A stretch of 64,000 bases of DNA from Monocercomonoides exilis PA203 (Eukaryota; Protista; Preaxostyla), in NCBI GenBank assembly GCA_001643675.2, contig LSRY02000023.1, positions 1,240,001-1,304,000 on the forward strand. The letters run 5' to 3'. The notes under the pieces are model-generated. The model was given only the letters and a program-made list of their open reading frames with translations. It made no database searches and was not told the DNA's origin. Position numbers and translations under genes: made by a program. This document shows positions 37,870 to 49,499 of this stretch, piece after piece. Each line of letters opens with the position of its first letter. Position 1 is the first letter of the stretch.

Positions 37870-38853
37870 TTTTATTATTATGGTTATGTTCTAAAGTCCA
37901 AATTTATTAATTTGCTAATTTTTATTTTCAATTTTCATAGAAATAAAATTTCTATTTACATTTTTTATGTATTAAAATGGTTTTACACCACTTGTTACCC
38001 ACCTATTTATTTATTTTTTTGATGGCAGAGATTAACCTCCCCCCCCCCCCCCCACATTGGAAATAGGCTTCAAATTCAAATGTAATTATCCTTATTTTCA
38101 CGGTTTGCATAAATACTGTAATGTTTACAAATATATTAAAAGTGGGAATTTTAATTTTCTATTTAAAAATTTAGGCACCGTTAAAAAAAGGTTACTATAA
38201 ATTACTGAACCTAAATAATTATCTGTGATTCTGAATAGAAATGAAAGGTGATGTCTGAAGCTGAATTCGAGGTGTGTTGAATGAAATGAAATGAATTAGT
38301 CAAATTGCCATTTTTTTCATCAAAAAAAATAATGAATGAAGCACGAAAAAAAGGCGCATTTGGTAAATAAACGTTAAGAGGAAGAAATTAAATGAAGCTA
38401 TATTCTGTTCAATTTAGTGGCTCTGCTGATTGATTTGTAAAAACACATTTGAAGGCTGATGGTCTGATCCAATGCCAAGCGAGTGAAAATGTCATTGAAG
38501 ATGTTGCAGGAGTTAAAGAAGAAGAAGAACTTGCAAAAGAAGAAAATACATATCTACAGAGAAACATATACAAATTTCAATAACATTTGTGAAATGGATG
38601 TGCAGTACTTGTAAGATGTTACTGGTTGCCAAAAATAAAAATAAAATAAATATCTTGTGTAGATACTTGTCATAAAAAACACAAATAAAACAACAACACA
38701 GAAGAAGAAGAAGAAAATGCAAAATAAATTGGAGTTGCAAAAAAGAAGACATCAAGGGATTTTTCAAACATATTCACCATTTTACTTTGCTCACAAGCGG
38801 CAGTTACTGCAAATGAAACAGTTAACTTCACTCCATTTAAAAGAAGATAAATT

Positions 38854-39819
38854 TCACAAATATGTATCTATTGAATGCACCATTAGCCAGAATTTATTAT
38901 TCAATTTATTAATTTCCTCTTGCATATTATCTTCATAGCCAATTGTGTCAGTTATTGATATCATCATTGTGCCTTCCGGAAAACAATTTTACAATATACG
39001 CATCATGCCCACGAGCTACAATCTATCTCTGATATTTGATGATATGTATCGCTTCTCCATCGATTTCAGAAGAGATTTTTCTACTATGTTCAAAATTTGG
39101 CTCTCCCCATCTTTGATCTTCTTCCCCGCCATTTCTGCCTCATACTCCCCAAACGGGATCTGCAGCGTCAGACACTCCCACAGCATCATCCCAATCGAAA
39201 ACACCACTGACTCCTTTGTTGCTCCCATCTTCTTGTTCATCAGCAACTCGGGCGCTTTCCACCGCAAACACTCATATCGGTTGTCTTCCTCATTCTCAAA
39301 CGCCGATGAGGGCAGAGAGTCACTTTCATCATCATCATCATCACTGGCAGATGTCACCACTGTTGATGAAGAGACGGATGAGGAATCGAAATCATCAGAG
39401 GAGCAGTCAGAATGCATGGCAATCGCAATCACCATGTGCTCTGAAAACAAAACAATGTGAGGACTGAGGTTGGCAAGAGAAGAAAGCGAAACTTCCATTT
39501 CATCAAACGAGTGGAGTGAGAGATTAGCCACCCAGAATAGGATTTGGGCAGCTGTCTGCTCTCTTTCCTGAAGACTCCCAATCGCCATTTCCTTCTTCTC
39601 GTTCCTTCCATGAAGCAACATGAACAGCGAATCCCTCAGATCCACAATCAGCTTCTCATGAGGCGATGAACATGCCATTGCATCCACCAGATTCGACATT
39701 GACGAAGTGGTTGGGCACAGATCCTCCCCTCGAACAAAAGTGGAATCTGAATCAGTTGTTGAAGTGGTTGAAGTGGATGAAATGGAAGGTGAAGGCGATC
39801 TCTTTCTTTTATCTTCCTC
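38854..39819 (-). pseudogene. Degenerate TKL-type pseudokinase tail belonging to the upstream receptor gene
   Basis: Same frame as 39820..46641. LRWKAPE and SVVFSIGMMLWECLTLQIPF (kinase subdomains VIII-IX) are present; HRD and DFG are not. Further stops TAG 39016-39018 and TAA 38989-38991. Confidence 0.75.
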
Positions 39820-42800
39820 TCACTTCTTTTCATCCACTTTCTCCAGCATCCACTCAGGAATCTTGTCTGAATCTCTTCCAAGGATGTATTCAGTTGAGCC
39901 ACTCTCAGACAGAAGATGCTCCGATGACTCTGAATGTTCCATATTCGTATCATATATTCTCTTTTTCGTCCTCTCTTCATTCTTCTTCTCTGCCTCTCTT
40001 TCGGCTCTTCGCCACTGTTCCTCAGGCGACATCTCCATCGTCATCATCTCAATCAGCTTTGGATCCTTTTTGATATTGTCTTCCACAATAACTTCAAGTT
40101 CCTCTGTTCTTCTCTTTTGCTTTCTCCATCGAACAATAAATATTACAGAAATTATCAGAACAATCAACAAAATCACAACAAGCACAATCACAATTATTGG
40201 CCATAACGATCTTTCTTTCTTTCCTCCTTCAGCAATCTTTTCATCTCCACTTGTTTTGGATTCACTCCTGTTCTTCAGAACGAAAGAATCAGTGGCTGAT
40301 GGAGAATCAGCACTCCCAAACAGAATATGCACCCTCACTTCTGCTTCACTTGTCACCCCTTCAACTGTCTTGACAGGAACAGAACCATGCACCTCTTCTT
40401 CTGATATGAAACCGCTTTCATCAAACGAATATTTCTCAACCACTTCCTCATCCCCAACTGCTGCAACTGTCTTGAACGAGAGGTTGCATGGAAGGAGAAC
40501 TGATCCTCTGAACACAACATCCACCACCTCCCCTGACTTTTCCGATGACACACTCTCCACCCTCGGGATGAAAAACGAAGATGCTCTTTCTCTGGCAATC
40601 CCTTCCAGTGTGCATCCCTCATCCAATATCCACAAAGAGGTATTGTCCTTCACTCCATCCCCTCCCTTCAAGCTCACAACCTTCAATTTTGCTGAGCCTC
40701 CACACAGAATGTTTCTTCGTGCCGATCCATAATTCGCTATCGAAGGATTGTTGTTCATGAATTCCCCTTTCTCAATCTCCACACTTCCACCTGACAACGA
40801 AAGCCCCCCTTTCATCGAGTTGCTGATTGTTGTGTCTTTCATCCCAACATTGCTGGATTGAACATCCACAACTGACCCATTCCATCTGCACATCTCTTTG
40901 AATTCATTTCTGTTCTCGTTTTCATTTTCATCTTCAAGTTCTCCGTCAAATCGACACAGACTCATTGAAACATCTCTTGCATTTCCTATCTTCACGATGC
41001 TTCCTTTGTCAGACACTGAATAACAGTTTGAGCAAGAGCAATTTGAAAGAACAATTTGAGCAGAGGATGAAGAAACAGAGAGAATAGAAGCTCCTTCTGA
41101 ATTCCTTGAACAGTTGTTGAACGAGGAGCTTCCAACAGAAACAGAACCTGAAGTCTTTTCGTTTATTGAAAAGACACAACCCTCAGATAGACTCACCCCA
41201 TCTGCAGAAATTCCATTGAATACAACTTCTTTGAAGTCAGCAATCTCAAACACATTTGCCGTTGATTCAATGTTTTCCAGCTTCATATTTGTCAATGATA
41301 TCTCTTTGCCGCTGAACAGGAATGAAGGCTTCTTGAACGAGAGGAGTGACACTGAGCAGTTGTCAATATGAAGAATTCCATTTTTAATGCTCAGTAATGT
41401 TGAATTGAGAACAATATTTTGAATTCCTTTTGACTCCACAATTGAAGAAAAATCAACAGATGAAAGAGACAGCTGGCCACTTGCTTCATGGATGATTGAA
41501 CTTCCAGAATATGAAAATGACTGGCCAAAATCGAATTTCAATTTTTCAATCCGAACAGTCTCTGAGGTTGTGATCAGATTTCCCTCATTGATATTAATTG
41601 TTGAGTTCAGATGGACCAGAGTAGCTGAGGAAGATTGCAATGAGCGGATGATCAAATCCATTGCTTCGCATTCCCCAACAATAACTGTCTCCTTCGAGAT
41701 CAACAGCTGCGAATACGACGAAGGAATGATGTGTTGCACTCCAACATCCAGTGATTGGCAAGGCATGCTGAACTCTCCACATTGCTTGCTATTTTTGTGA
41801 TTTTCAGAAACGGAAGACACAAATATCGTCTCGCTCAGATATTTCACGACTCTCAGCAGAAGATCTTCTTCTCCTTCAAATGAGTCTGTTGTGCAACCCC
41901 ATATCGCCAGCTCCTTCACAAACGGTGCTCTGAAATCCAAAAGGAATTGCTCTTCAACAATTTGTGTTTCGATTGAGTGGCATCGAACATACACATCTCT
42001 CCCTTTCAATGCTGAGTTGTCTCTGAATGTGATATTCGAAAAAATAAAATTCAGAGGATGTTCTGTAGTCGATGGACATTCGAGAAACAGCCACCCGCCT
42101 CTTCCTGTTGTTGAGCAGAAACACCCAGAAATCGTGCAAAATGAGCAATCAAAGTTTCCTTCCTCATTCAACACATAAAACATCCCTCCTCCCTTTCCAC
42201 ACCTTGTTCCACCACACTTCTTCATCGTTGTGTTTCGAATCACCATTTTCAATGGCTCATCGTTCACATTTCGAATGATGGGAATATCATCCGTCGTATT
42301 CTGGGTGATTTCTTCGAATACGCTCCATTCAACAACAATGTCTTGTTCAGCTTCATTTTTTTCTCTTCTTGAACTCTTTACTATGCTCAATCCGCTTGCC
42401 CAGTCCAGCTCAATATTCTTCATCGTCAGATTTTTAACATTCAATATCGTTGTTGACAACACAGAAATGACATCTTTTGAAAAGCTGAGTGATTGCATTG
42501 AAACAATGTCCAACACAACTGTTCCTCCATCTGCCTTGATTATCCCGTAATTCATTATTTCTTCTCTGCTTTCTTCATTTTTTGAGAATAAACAGTCTTT
42601 CAGAGTCAGCAGTCCTTCACTTGATCCAACATGGATCAGAACATTCACTCCACTTGTGAATGAAGATGGAACAACAAAGTTTATCAGTTCGAGATTTGTG
42701 ATGCCTTGAGTCTTCATTGCTGTTTCCTCTGCTCCTTCAATTGAAGAGTGACATTCCAACGAGCACATGCTGCTCTCATCCGATTTCACTGATATTCCAC

Positions 42801-45800
42801 TCACATCAACACTTTTTTGGAGAATTCCTTTTCCAATGATGTTGACATGCCTTTCATTTCCTTCAGGCAATCGATCCAGAGAATAATCGATTGATTGGCA
42901 AGGATAATCAGAAAGCCCACAAACACACACATCGCAACCTTCACCTCCAATGAATATTTCCGAACTAAATGTTCTCCAAAAATACGCCAATGGAATAGCA
43001 TTCGTTGTGTCATTCCCATCAAAGCCTCTCATTGAATCCAATGAAATATCTGCCAGATGTTTGGATACAAATGGAAGAGAGGCATTTGTGATGCTCTTTG
43101 TCAAGTTGGATGATTCAATAAAGAGGTCATTTCCATATCTCGCAACATTCGGATTGTCTGAATCAAAAACAGGGGATGAGATCACAAACGAAGAATCATC
43201 ATCAATCAGCTTCAGTGCCATCCCTCCGCCAAACCCAATCTTCCGTTCTTCAGCAGGAGCTGTGCATCCTGTGAATGTGCATGAAATAATATTTATATGA
43301 ATGCTCCCTTTCAGCTGAGCATCAATAGCCCCTCCTCTGCTTCCTTCAGCCAGCACAGAGCATTCATCAAAAATACATTCTTCAACATTTATTTGTGCAT
43401 TTGCATTATCATCATGGCTGTTGTCAAAGCTCACACAGCCTCCACTTCCAGCTGTTCTTTCGATTTCTTTGAAATTGCAATTCGTCATGTTCAACCACAG
43501 AGTGCTCATCAACTCGATATTTGTTCCACATCCAGACAATGAGATCAGAGGATTTCCACTCAAAGTGATTGATAAAGCTGTGAATTTGTCGATTGTCAAA
43601 ATTCCTGATTCAACAGACAAGAACAGATATGTCAATTCAGATGATGGATTTTGAAGGGAAAGAGAGCAATGAGACAGAGTCATTGATGATGATGATGAAA
43701 TAAAAGTGGAGTGTGAAGAGAAAGAAGGAAGAAGAGAAAAGATGAGTTTTGATAATTCTGTTTCGACACTTGCTGTTATCATCGCTGAGTTTGATGTCTC
43801 GCTTGCATCAAAGACTGTCCAGCCACTTTTATCATCCTTTCCTCGTATTTCATGTTTCTGTCTCGCAAAGGCCAATTCATCGCTCATCGCAATTATTCCA
43901 TTCACTTTCACTTTCTTTGTGCCTGTTTGACGTGTGAGTGAGTGCTTCATTGTCAAGCAAGGGAATTGAATGATTCCACAATGAGAATGATCATATGCCT
44001 CAATGTTGCTCGCATACACTTCTTCTGGGGTGGGAAGAAGATAGATGCACAGAGGAATGGCCACACTGTTGTTTCCATTGTCATATCCTCTCACCTTCTC
44101 AACAGAATCCAAGGTGGCTGTCACACAAGTGATTTTTTGTGACTTTGTAGTTACTTCCAGATTAGGTGAAATGACGAAGATATCTTTTCCCCACTTGGCT
44201 GTGTTTGTGCCAAAGGAAGAAGAAATCAGGAAATCGGGATTGTCGTTCATCAATCGAAGAAGAATTCCTCCCCCAAGACCATTGGATGTTGAGCAATAGC
44301 ATCCATCCAAAGATCCGCCTTTCACTTTCACTTCATTTTCATTCCCAACACAAAGCATCATCAATCCTCCATCAGTTGATGTTGTGCTTCCACATTCTGA
44401 AAATGAACAAGAGTCCAGATCGATGTTTGCTTTATCATTGGAAAATGACATCACAGCTGCTCCACTGTTTGTTCTCCCAATCCCATCAAAGGTGCATTCA
44501 GAAAGTGTCAATGAAATCTTATTTACTGATGAAAGTGAAAACAACGAGACGGTGGAGATAGTCTTTGCCCAGTTCACATTTTCCATCTGCAGCATACCAT
44601 TCTGAACATTTATCAGTTCTGTGGTGAATGCTGTTTGTGCGGAGTGTCCGCTTCCAGCAGATATGTTTAGCGCACTTATCCTCAGCTCTCCTGCTCCAGT
44701 TATCTCAAACAGCCTTGAACCACGATTATTCGGATGAACAGAGTCATGCACAAGAATAAGGTTGCTTAAAGACAATTTTCCAAATAAGACAGAAAATAGA
44801 GACAAGCCAGCAAATTCCAATTTTGTTTCCACTGTAGTGCTCAAATCACTTTGTCCATAAATCGTGAAAGCACTGCCACCACAATGCACACATTCTGTCT
44901 CTCTAACAATTCCTGAAAATATCTCGACATCTGTTACAAAACCTGGAATCAGCTGAGTTAGGCAACGGCTGATGGTGTTGCATGGATAACTTTCGTTGAT
45001 TCCACACGCACACGTGTCTTTAGCGTTTGGTTGCGTTTCAGTCGATGACACAAATCTGATTCTTCCAAAATCGTTTCGAAGCCATTCACTTTTGTCCACA
45101 ATTTTTGAATAATCCAAGCTGACTCTGTTTTCAGTTTCCCTGGTCGAGAAACAGGTTGAATCAATATTACTTGTTGCAGATTCCTCTAGAACAATATCAT
45201 GTCCACCCAGATTGCACCAATTTTCATGAAAGAAACAGTAATAAAACAATGTTCCACTATTATTTGAATTTATTTGTTGTGAAACAGCTCCTCCTCCACT
45301 CATTGAGTAGCAATAACAGAACAGGCAATTAGATATTACCACTTGGTCAGTGCAATCCCAATGGAGAATTGAGCCACCAGCACCATTAGATGATCCATTA
45401 CATCGACAATCATCAAAAAATGAATTGGTAATACATTCTTTCTGTCTTTTCGTCATTGTTGGACGAAGGTCAATTGCTCCACCTTCATCTCCAGCCGAAC
45501 AGCTATGAAATCCACAGCTGTAAATAAGAGACTGTTCATAAACATTTTGGATCATAATTCCGCCACCTCCATAGCTTGATTTTGAAGAAGCAGAGCATTT
45601 ATAAAAGCTTGAATGAAGAACGATACACTCAGATATTTTGAAGGCATATATTCCACCGCCTCTCGTTGAAGAAGCATTGCATCTCGCGAAAGAACAATTC
45701 TCAACTGTGAGAATGGCACTTGCATTGTCATGCACATAAAGAGCGCCTCCTTGGGGTGCCGTGCAGTCAACCCATTCGCACAATGAAAACGATTGGCCTT

Positions 45801-46641
45801 CCGTTGTGTCCATTCGTTGTTTTCTTTCAAGATCATTCATTTCTCTCTTCCCAAAGTTTATTGTTGTGTTTTTGCAGATAAACTCTTGTGAAGAATAGGA
45901 TCCACTCGAGATCCCTCCTTCAAAGGCATTCACACACGAATAAATGAGTGTGTTCTCCATTGAGCTCAAGCAGCATGAATGCTCCGCAAAATGATCGCTA
46001 TTCATGTTATATTTCACAGACATGTTCCTGAAGGCACAATTATCAACCTGTTCACTTTGACTCTTTCCGGACAATAGGAAATAGGCTGACGATGAGACAA
46101 CCAGATCCGAAAACATGGAATTTCTCAAAATGACGGAATTCTTGTGATCAGATGAAATCATGAGACTTCCAGAGTGAATATTCATTTGAGGAATCACACT
46201 CAAGTTTGCCATGTTGATTGATCCGCTTTGAAGATGAAAAGGAGAATCTGACTTTTGGTGGAAAATGCAGGAATCCATCATGAGAGTTGAGTATTCTGTT
46301 ATAAGCACACATGGCGAGGATGAATGTTCAAGTGCCACATTTTTCAGTCCAAAAGTTGAATTGTAGAATTCCAAAAATGTATAAATCAAAGGAGATGTGC
46401 CTGTCTGCAATCCTTTTGTTTCGGTTAACTGGCTGAACATTATTACGTTATTTTCTGATGCTATTGCATTGTAATTAGCATCTTCTGGCTCATAACAATT
46501 CGAAGAAAAACGACAATTTTGAAAATAAATATTTGATATTTTATCCTGGTTCGTAAACGCATGATTCTGTGTGATAATATATCCTTCATTAACTTTTACA
46601 AGAAGAAAGCATGCTAAAGGAAACAAACACGTGCTCATCAT
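39820..46641 (-). CDS. Large type-I membrane protein: signal peptide, Cys-rich parallel beta-helix (Pmp/pectin-lyase-like) repeats, single TM helix
   Basis: 2,273-aa open frame from ATG 46641. Hydrophobic N-terminus. Many GG[AG][ILM] and F..C motifs. Four CG.{3-5}PC.(S/T) module starts. TM LWPIIVIVLVVILLIVLIISVIFIV followed by RWRKQKRR. Confidence 0.85.
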   Translation of the reverse strand: MMSTCLFPLACFLLVKVNEGYIITQNHAFTNQDKISNIYFQNCRFSSNCYEPEDANYNAIASENNVIMFSQLTETKGLQTGTSPLIYTFLEFYNSTFGLKNVALEHSSSPCVLITEYSTLMMDSCIFHQKSDSPFHLQSGSINMANLSVIPQMNIHSGSLMISSDHKNSVILRNSMFSDLVVSSSAYFLLSGKSQSEQVDNCAFRNMSVKYNMNSDHFAEHSCCLSSMENTLIYSCVNAFEGGISSGSYSSQEFICKNTTINFGKREMNDLERKQRMDTTEGQSFSLCEWVDCTAPQGGALYVHDNASAILTVENCSFARCNASSTRGGGIYAFKISECIVLHSSFYKCSASSKSSYGGGGIMIQNVYEQSLIYSCGFHSCSAGDEGGAIDLRPTMTKRQKECITNSFFDDCRCNGSSNGAGGSILHWDCTDQVVISNCLFCYCYSMSGGGAVSQQINSNNSGTLFYYCFFHENWCNLGGHDIVLEESATSNIDSTCFSTRETENRVSLDYSKIVDKSEWLRNDFGRIRFVSSTETQPNAKDTCACGINESYPCNTISRCLTQLIPGFVTDVEIFSGIVRETECVHCGGSAFTIYGQSDLSTTVETKLEFAGLSLFSVLFGKLSLSNLILVHDSVHPNNRGSRLFEITGAGELRISALNISAGSGHSAQTAFTTELINVQNGMLQMENVNWAKTISTVSLFSLSSVNKISLTLSECTFDGIGRTNSGAAVMSFSNDKANIDLDSCSFSECGSTTSTDGGLMMLCVGNENEVKVKGGSLDGCYCSTSNGLGGGILLRLMNDNPDFLISSSFGTNTAKWGKDIFVISPNLEVTTKSQKITCVTATLDSVEKVRGYDNGNNSVAIPLCIYLLPTPEEVYASNIEAYDHSHCGIIQFPCLTMKHSLTRQTGTKKVKVNGIIAMSDELAFARQKHEIRGKDDKSGWTVFDASETSNSAMITASVETELSKLIFSLLPSFSSHSTFISSSSSMTLSHCSLSLQNPSSELTYLFLSVESGILTIDKFTALSITLSGNPLISLSGCGTNIELMSTLWLNMTNCNFKEIERTAGSGGCVSFDNSHDDNANAQINVEECIFDECSVLAEGSRGGAIDAQLKGSIHINIISCTFTGCTAPAEERKIGFGGGMALKLIDDDSSFVISSPVFDSDNPNVARYGNDLFIESSNLTKSITNASLPFVSKHLADISLDSMRGFDGNDTTNAIPLAYFWRTFSSEIFIGGEGCDVCVCGLSDYPCQSIDYSLDRLPEGNERHVNIIGKGILQKSVDVSGISVKSDESSMCSLECHSSIEGAEETAMKTQGITNLELINFVVPSSFTSGVNVLIHVGSSEGLLTLKDCLFSKNEESREEIMNYGIIKADGGTVVLDIVSMQSLSFSKDVISVLSTTILNVKNLTMKNIELDWASGLSIVKSSRREKNEAEQDIVVEWSVFEEITQNTTDDIPIIRNVNDEPLKMVIRNTTMKKCGGTRCGKGGGMFYVLNEEGNFDCSFCTISGCFCSTTGRGGWLFLECPSTTEHPLNFIFSNITFRDNSALKGRDVYVRCHSIETQIVEEQFLLDFRAPFVKELAIWGCTTDSFEGEEDLLLRVVKYLSETIFVSSVSENHKNSKQCGEFSMPCQSLDVGVQHIIPSSYSQLLISKETVIVGECEAMDLIIRSLQSSSATLVHLNSTININEGNLITTSETVRIEKLKFDFGQSFSYSGSSIIHEASGQLSLSSVDFSSIVESKGIQNIVLNSTLLSIKNGILHIDNCSVSLLSFKKPSFLFSGKEISLTNMKLENIESTANVFEIADFKEVVFNGISADGVSLSEGCVFSINEKTSGSVSVGSSSFNNCSRNSEGASILSVSSSSAQIVLSNCSCSNCYSVSDKGSIVKIGNARDVSMSLCRFDGELEDENENENRNEFKEMCRWNGSVVDVQSSNVGMKDTTISNSMKGGLSLSGGSVEIEKGEFMNNNPSIANYGSARRNILCGGSAKLKVVSLKGGDGVKDNTSLWILDEGCTLEGIARERASSFFIPRVESVSSEKSGEVVDVVFRGSVLLPCNLSFKTVAAVGDEEVVEKYSFDESGFISEEEVHGSVPVKTVEGVTSEAEVRVHILFGSADSPSATDSFVLKNRSESKTSGDEKIAEGGKKERSLWPIIVIVLVVILLIVLIISVIFIVRWRKQKRRTEELEVIVEDNIKKDPKLIEMMTMEMSPEEQWRRAEREAEKKNEERTKKRIYDTNMEHSESSEHLLSESGSTEYILGRDSDKIPEWMLEKVDEKK

Positions 46642-46989
46642 GGACAAATTAACAATTTTATTTTTAAAATACTTAAATTACGTTTTTGATCAATAAATAT
46701 TTCTTTTTCATTTGTTTGTTATGAAAACATAAAAAACAACATTGAAAATAATTTGAAGATTGAAATTTGCTTTTGATTTATAACTATTCCATAAATATGA
46801 AAATCACTTTTTGTTGAATTAATGTATCCACAATAATTTGACAAACAGAAAAAATTTCAACCTGGTTAATTCAAAAAGAAAAGAAAAGTAAAGAAAAGAA
46901 AAAACTTTTCCATTTTCCTCTTTTCTTTTCAAAAAAATAACCTTTTTAATGATTTATTTGCTCACAAGTTTAATGAGAGTTAAACAAAC

Positions 46990-48720
46990 ATTTGCTTATT
47001 CATTTCTTGTATCTCACAGACTCTCCTCTCTTCTCTTTCGAGAAGTCTTTTGTAACTTTAGCATCTTTCCTGATATTTCCACATCCCGTCTGATTTCATC
47101 AAGCAAAAGAAGAGCAATAAAACACCTTGCGAATAAATGGACGATTTGTGAGATCAAAATGAATGGAAAGAAAATTGATGCTCTCCAATGGAAACTGAAA
47201 GTGAATGTTGAGATTGAAGAAAATTAAAAATGATGAAGAAGAAATGGGAGGAGATAAAGATGATGAAAAAAATGAATGTGAAAAATAAGAAGAGGAAGAG
47301 GAAGAAGAAGAATTTCATGAAGAAGAAGGCGTTGAAGAAAACATAGAAGAAGCAGAAAAATTACATCGCCGAAGAAAGGAGAAATTTTTTGATTTTCTCT
47401 TTTGTTGGAAGTGAATGTTTCGAAAGTTGAGAACAAAAACGAATCAGAAACATGATAAATCGGCACATTTGGTGAGAAAATAGAAGAAGACGATGTTTCC
47501 ATCGACTCAAAAATATACAAAAGACGTTGCAGCCTTTCTCACCTTCCCCATCATCTCCATCTGATTCTCTGTTTGCTTCTTGCTGTTGCATAAATTTCTT
47601 TAAGCTTTCATCTTTTATCAATCAGTATGGCCTGCTTCTTTTCCTTCTTCGTCTTCTTCGTCTTCTTCTGTTATCCCATATGATTCAACAGCCTCTGGAA
47701 AGAATTTCTTTAGCAGACAAACAGACTATCTCTTTTCATTTTCGTATTTTTCCTGAGAAAGCTCAACCAAACTTGCCACTCCTCCATTTTCTGATAAGCG
47801 TTCATTGAAATTGTTTGTTCGCTTTCTGGAAACGTCAAACTATTCCAATCCTTCTCTTTCTTCTCTTCTTCTTCTTCTGACTCTTTTTCTAATCCATAAA
47901 AATCCTCTCACTTCAACATATAATTTGATTAATTCATTTCAAAAAAAAATCAAAAAAAAAAAAAAATAACAGCAAACCTTCTAATCATTTTCATAGGCAA
48001 TTTTCCGTTTTATATTGAATTGGCAACTGTTTTTACCAATTCAATTTCATTATACCATCCTTTTTCAAGTGTTTCATCATCTGATTCCCCAATCATCCTT
48101 TCCATCAGTTGTTTTTCCATCAAATGTAGCGATTTCTTGCTCTTCTGAAAAATGTGAAATTCATGTTTTCTGCCCAGATTCCATCTTTCTCATTGAAAAA
48201 TATCATTGTTTTTCGTCTGAAAATATCATCTCCAATTCCCTTCCCAATCCCTTCATCCTGGGCACTTTCAATATGAATTCGCTCTCCCAACTCGGTGGTC
48301 ACCCTGTACAACGAGATATAAACATTTCATTCATTTTCATTCTTTTCCATCTCCTGCCCTGAAAACAACGCAAAAACAATTAATAAGCAAATATTCATAT
48401 ATAGAAAAATAAATAAAGGCCAAACTGCCCTTCACACGTTTTTTTGCTTAACAGCTTCATTTCTACAGCCATCATCATTCAAAAATTCAATCTCTTCATT
48501 TCAGTCTCAGAATGGTTGAGTACAGCATGGAATGCAGCTCCACAAAATACATCGTGTATCTCACTGAAGGGTCTTCTCAGCCCGTACACATTGTGGTGGA
48601 TGTCCAGAGGTGTTTTTTCTGTTTTTGTCATGATCATCTCCTTTAATAATATTCTCAACAATCCAAAGCAATGTTTGATGTTTATCTCATCAACACATGG
48701 TACAGGAGATATATAGGGCA
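46990..48720 (-). pseudogene. Decayed multi-exon gene remnant, unidentified
   Basis: Coding-like composition with AT-rich intron-like gaps (~47891-47978, ~48359-48426), but stops and frameshifts in all frames. Confidence 0.35.
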
Positions 48721-49499
48721 GAGAAGAGATGGAAGAGGATCGTTTGTGGCAAGTGGTGGGAGTTGAGTATATTTTTGAATGTTTATATTTCGAAAGGGGT
48801 TTTTGAATGAAAGAAAATTTGGAGACAAAGAGATGGGGAAGAGTGGGTGGAGATTTTGAGAAGATATTGCAGTAAACATATAGAGAAGTTGCTGGGGATG
48901 ATGAAGAAGGTGTTTATTGTTGATTGGAGAAATGGAATTTGAAAAGAAAGAAAAGAGGGCAAAAGCAGATGAGAGGAGGAAAATTGTGAAATATTCGAAT
49001 GGAAGAGGGATAACTTTCATGAGAGGAAAAGAATGTTTTATGGAAGAGAATGAAAAGATGAAGAAAAGGAGGGGATTGATATTTTCTGAGAAGTTCATGA
49101 GCTGAATGGAAGAGAGGAATGGAAAGGAATGGAAATCGAGAAAAATTCTCATTTTCTATTTTTCAGGGGAAAGGAGAGGAAATCGCAAAAAGAAATTCAA
49201 TTGACTTTGAAAAATCCAACTTGATTGATTTTCACAATCTGTTCGTCACAAATTTTGTGATTGAATTTTTTCTAACCAATCTGAAGTTTATACAGCAAGT
49301 GAGCCCTTTTGGCCAATCAACAACTTCATACATATTATTCTCAACATCATTAATATCTTTCGTCTGATTTCATTTCTCAATCATCTCATTAATTCACTTT
49401 CTTAACCTTCTTTTCCTTCTTCGTTTTTTTTCTCTAAATTCTTCTGATTCGACTTTGTTGTTTCCTATCATTTCCTGTTGGATAAGAACATTGACCTTC

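Noticed and set aside
38032-38055. ttaacct + poly-C run resembling the pogo TIR unit (gttaactcccc)
   Set aside because: It could be the end of the truncated pogo fragment, but no partner TIR is present to confirm this.
36214-39822. Alternative genetic code (TGA=Trp/Sec, or TAA/TAG=Gln as in some oxymonads) to explain in-frame stops
   Set aside because: Intact genes end in TAA (DUS3), TAG (cyclin-like) and TGA (DNAI2), and multi-kb ORFs contain none internally. All three stop types occur in the decayed genes.
39707-40732. 341-aa plus-strand ORF
   Set aside because: Antisense shadow of the receptor gene.
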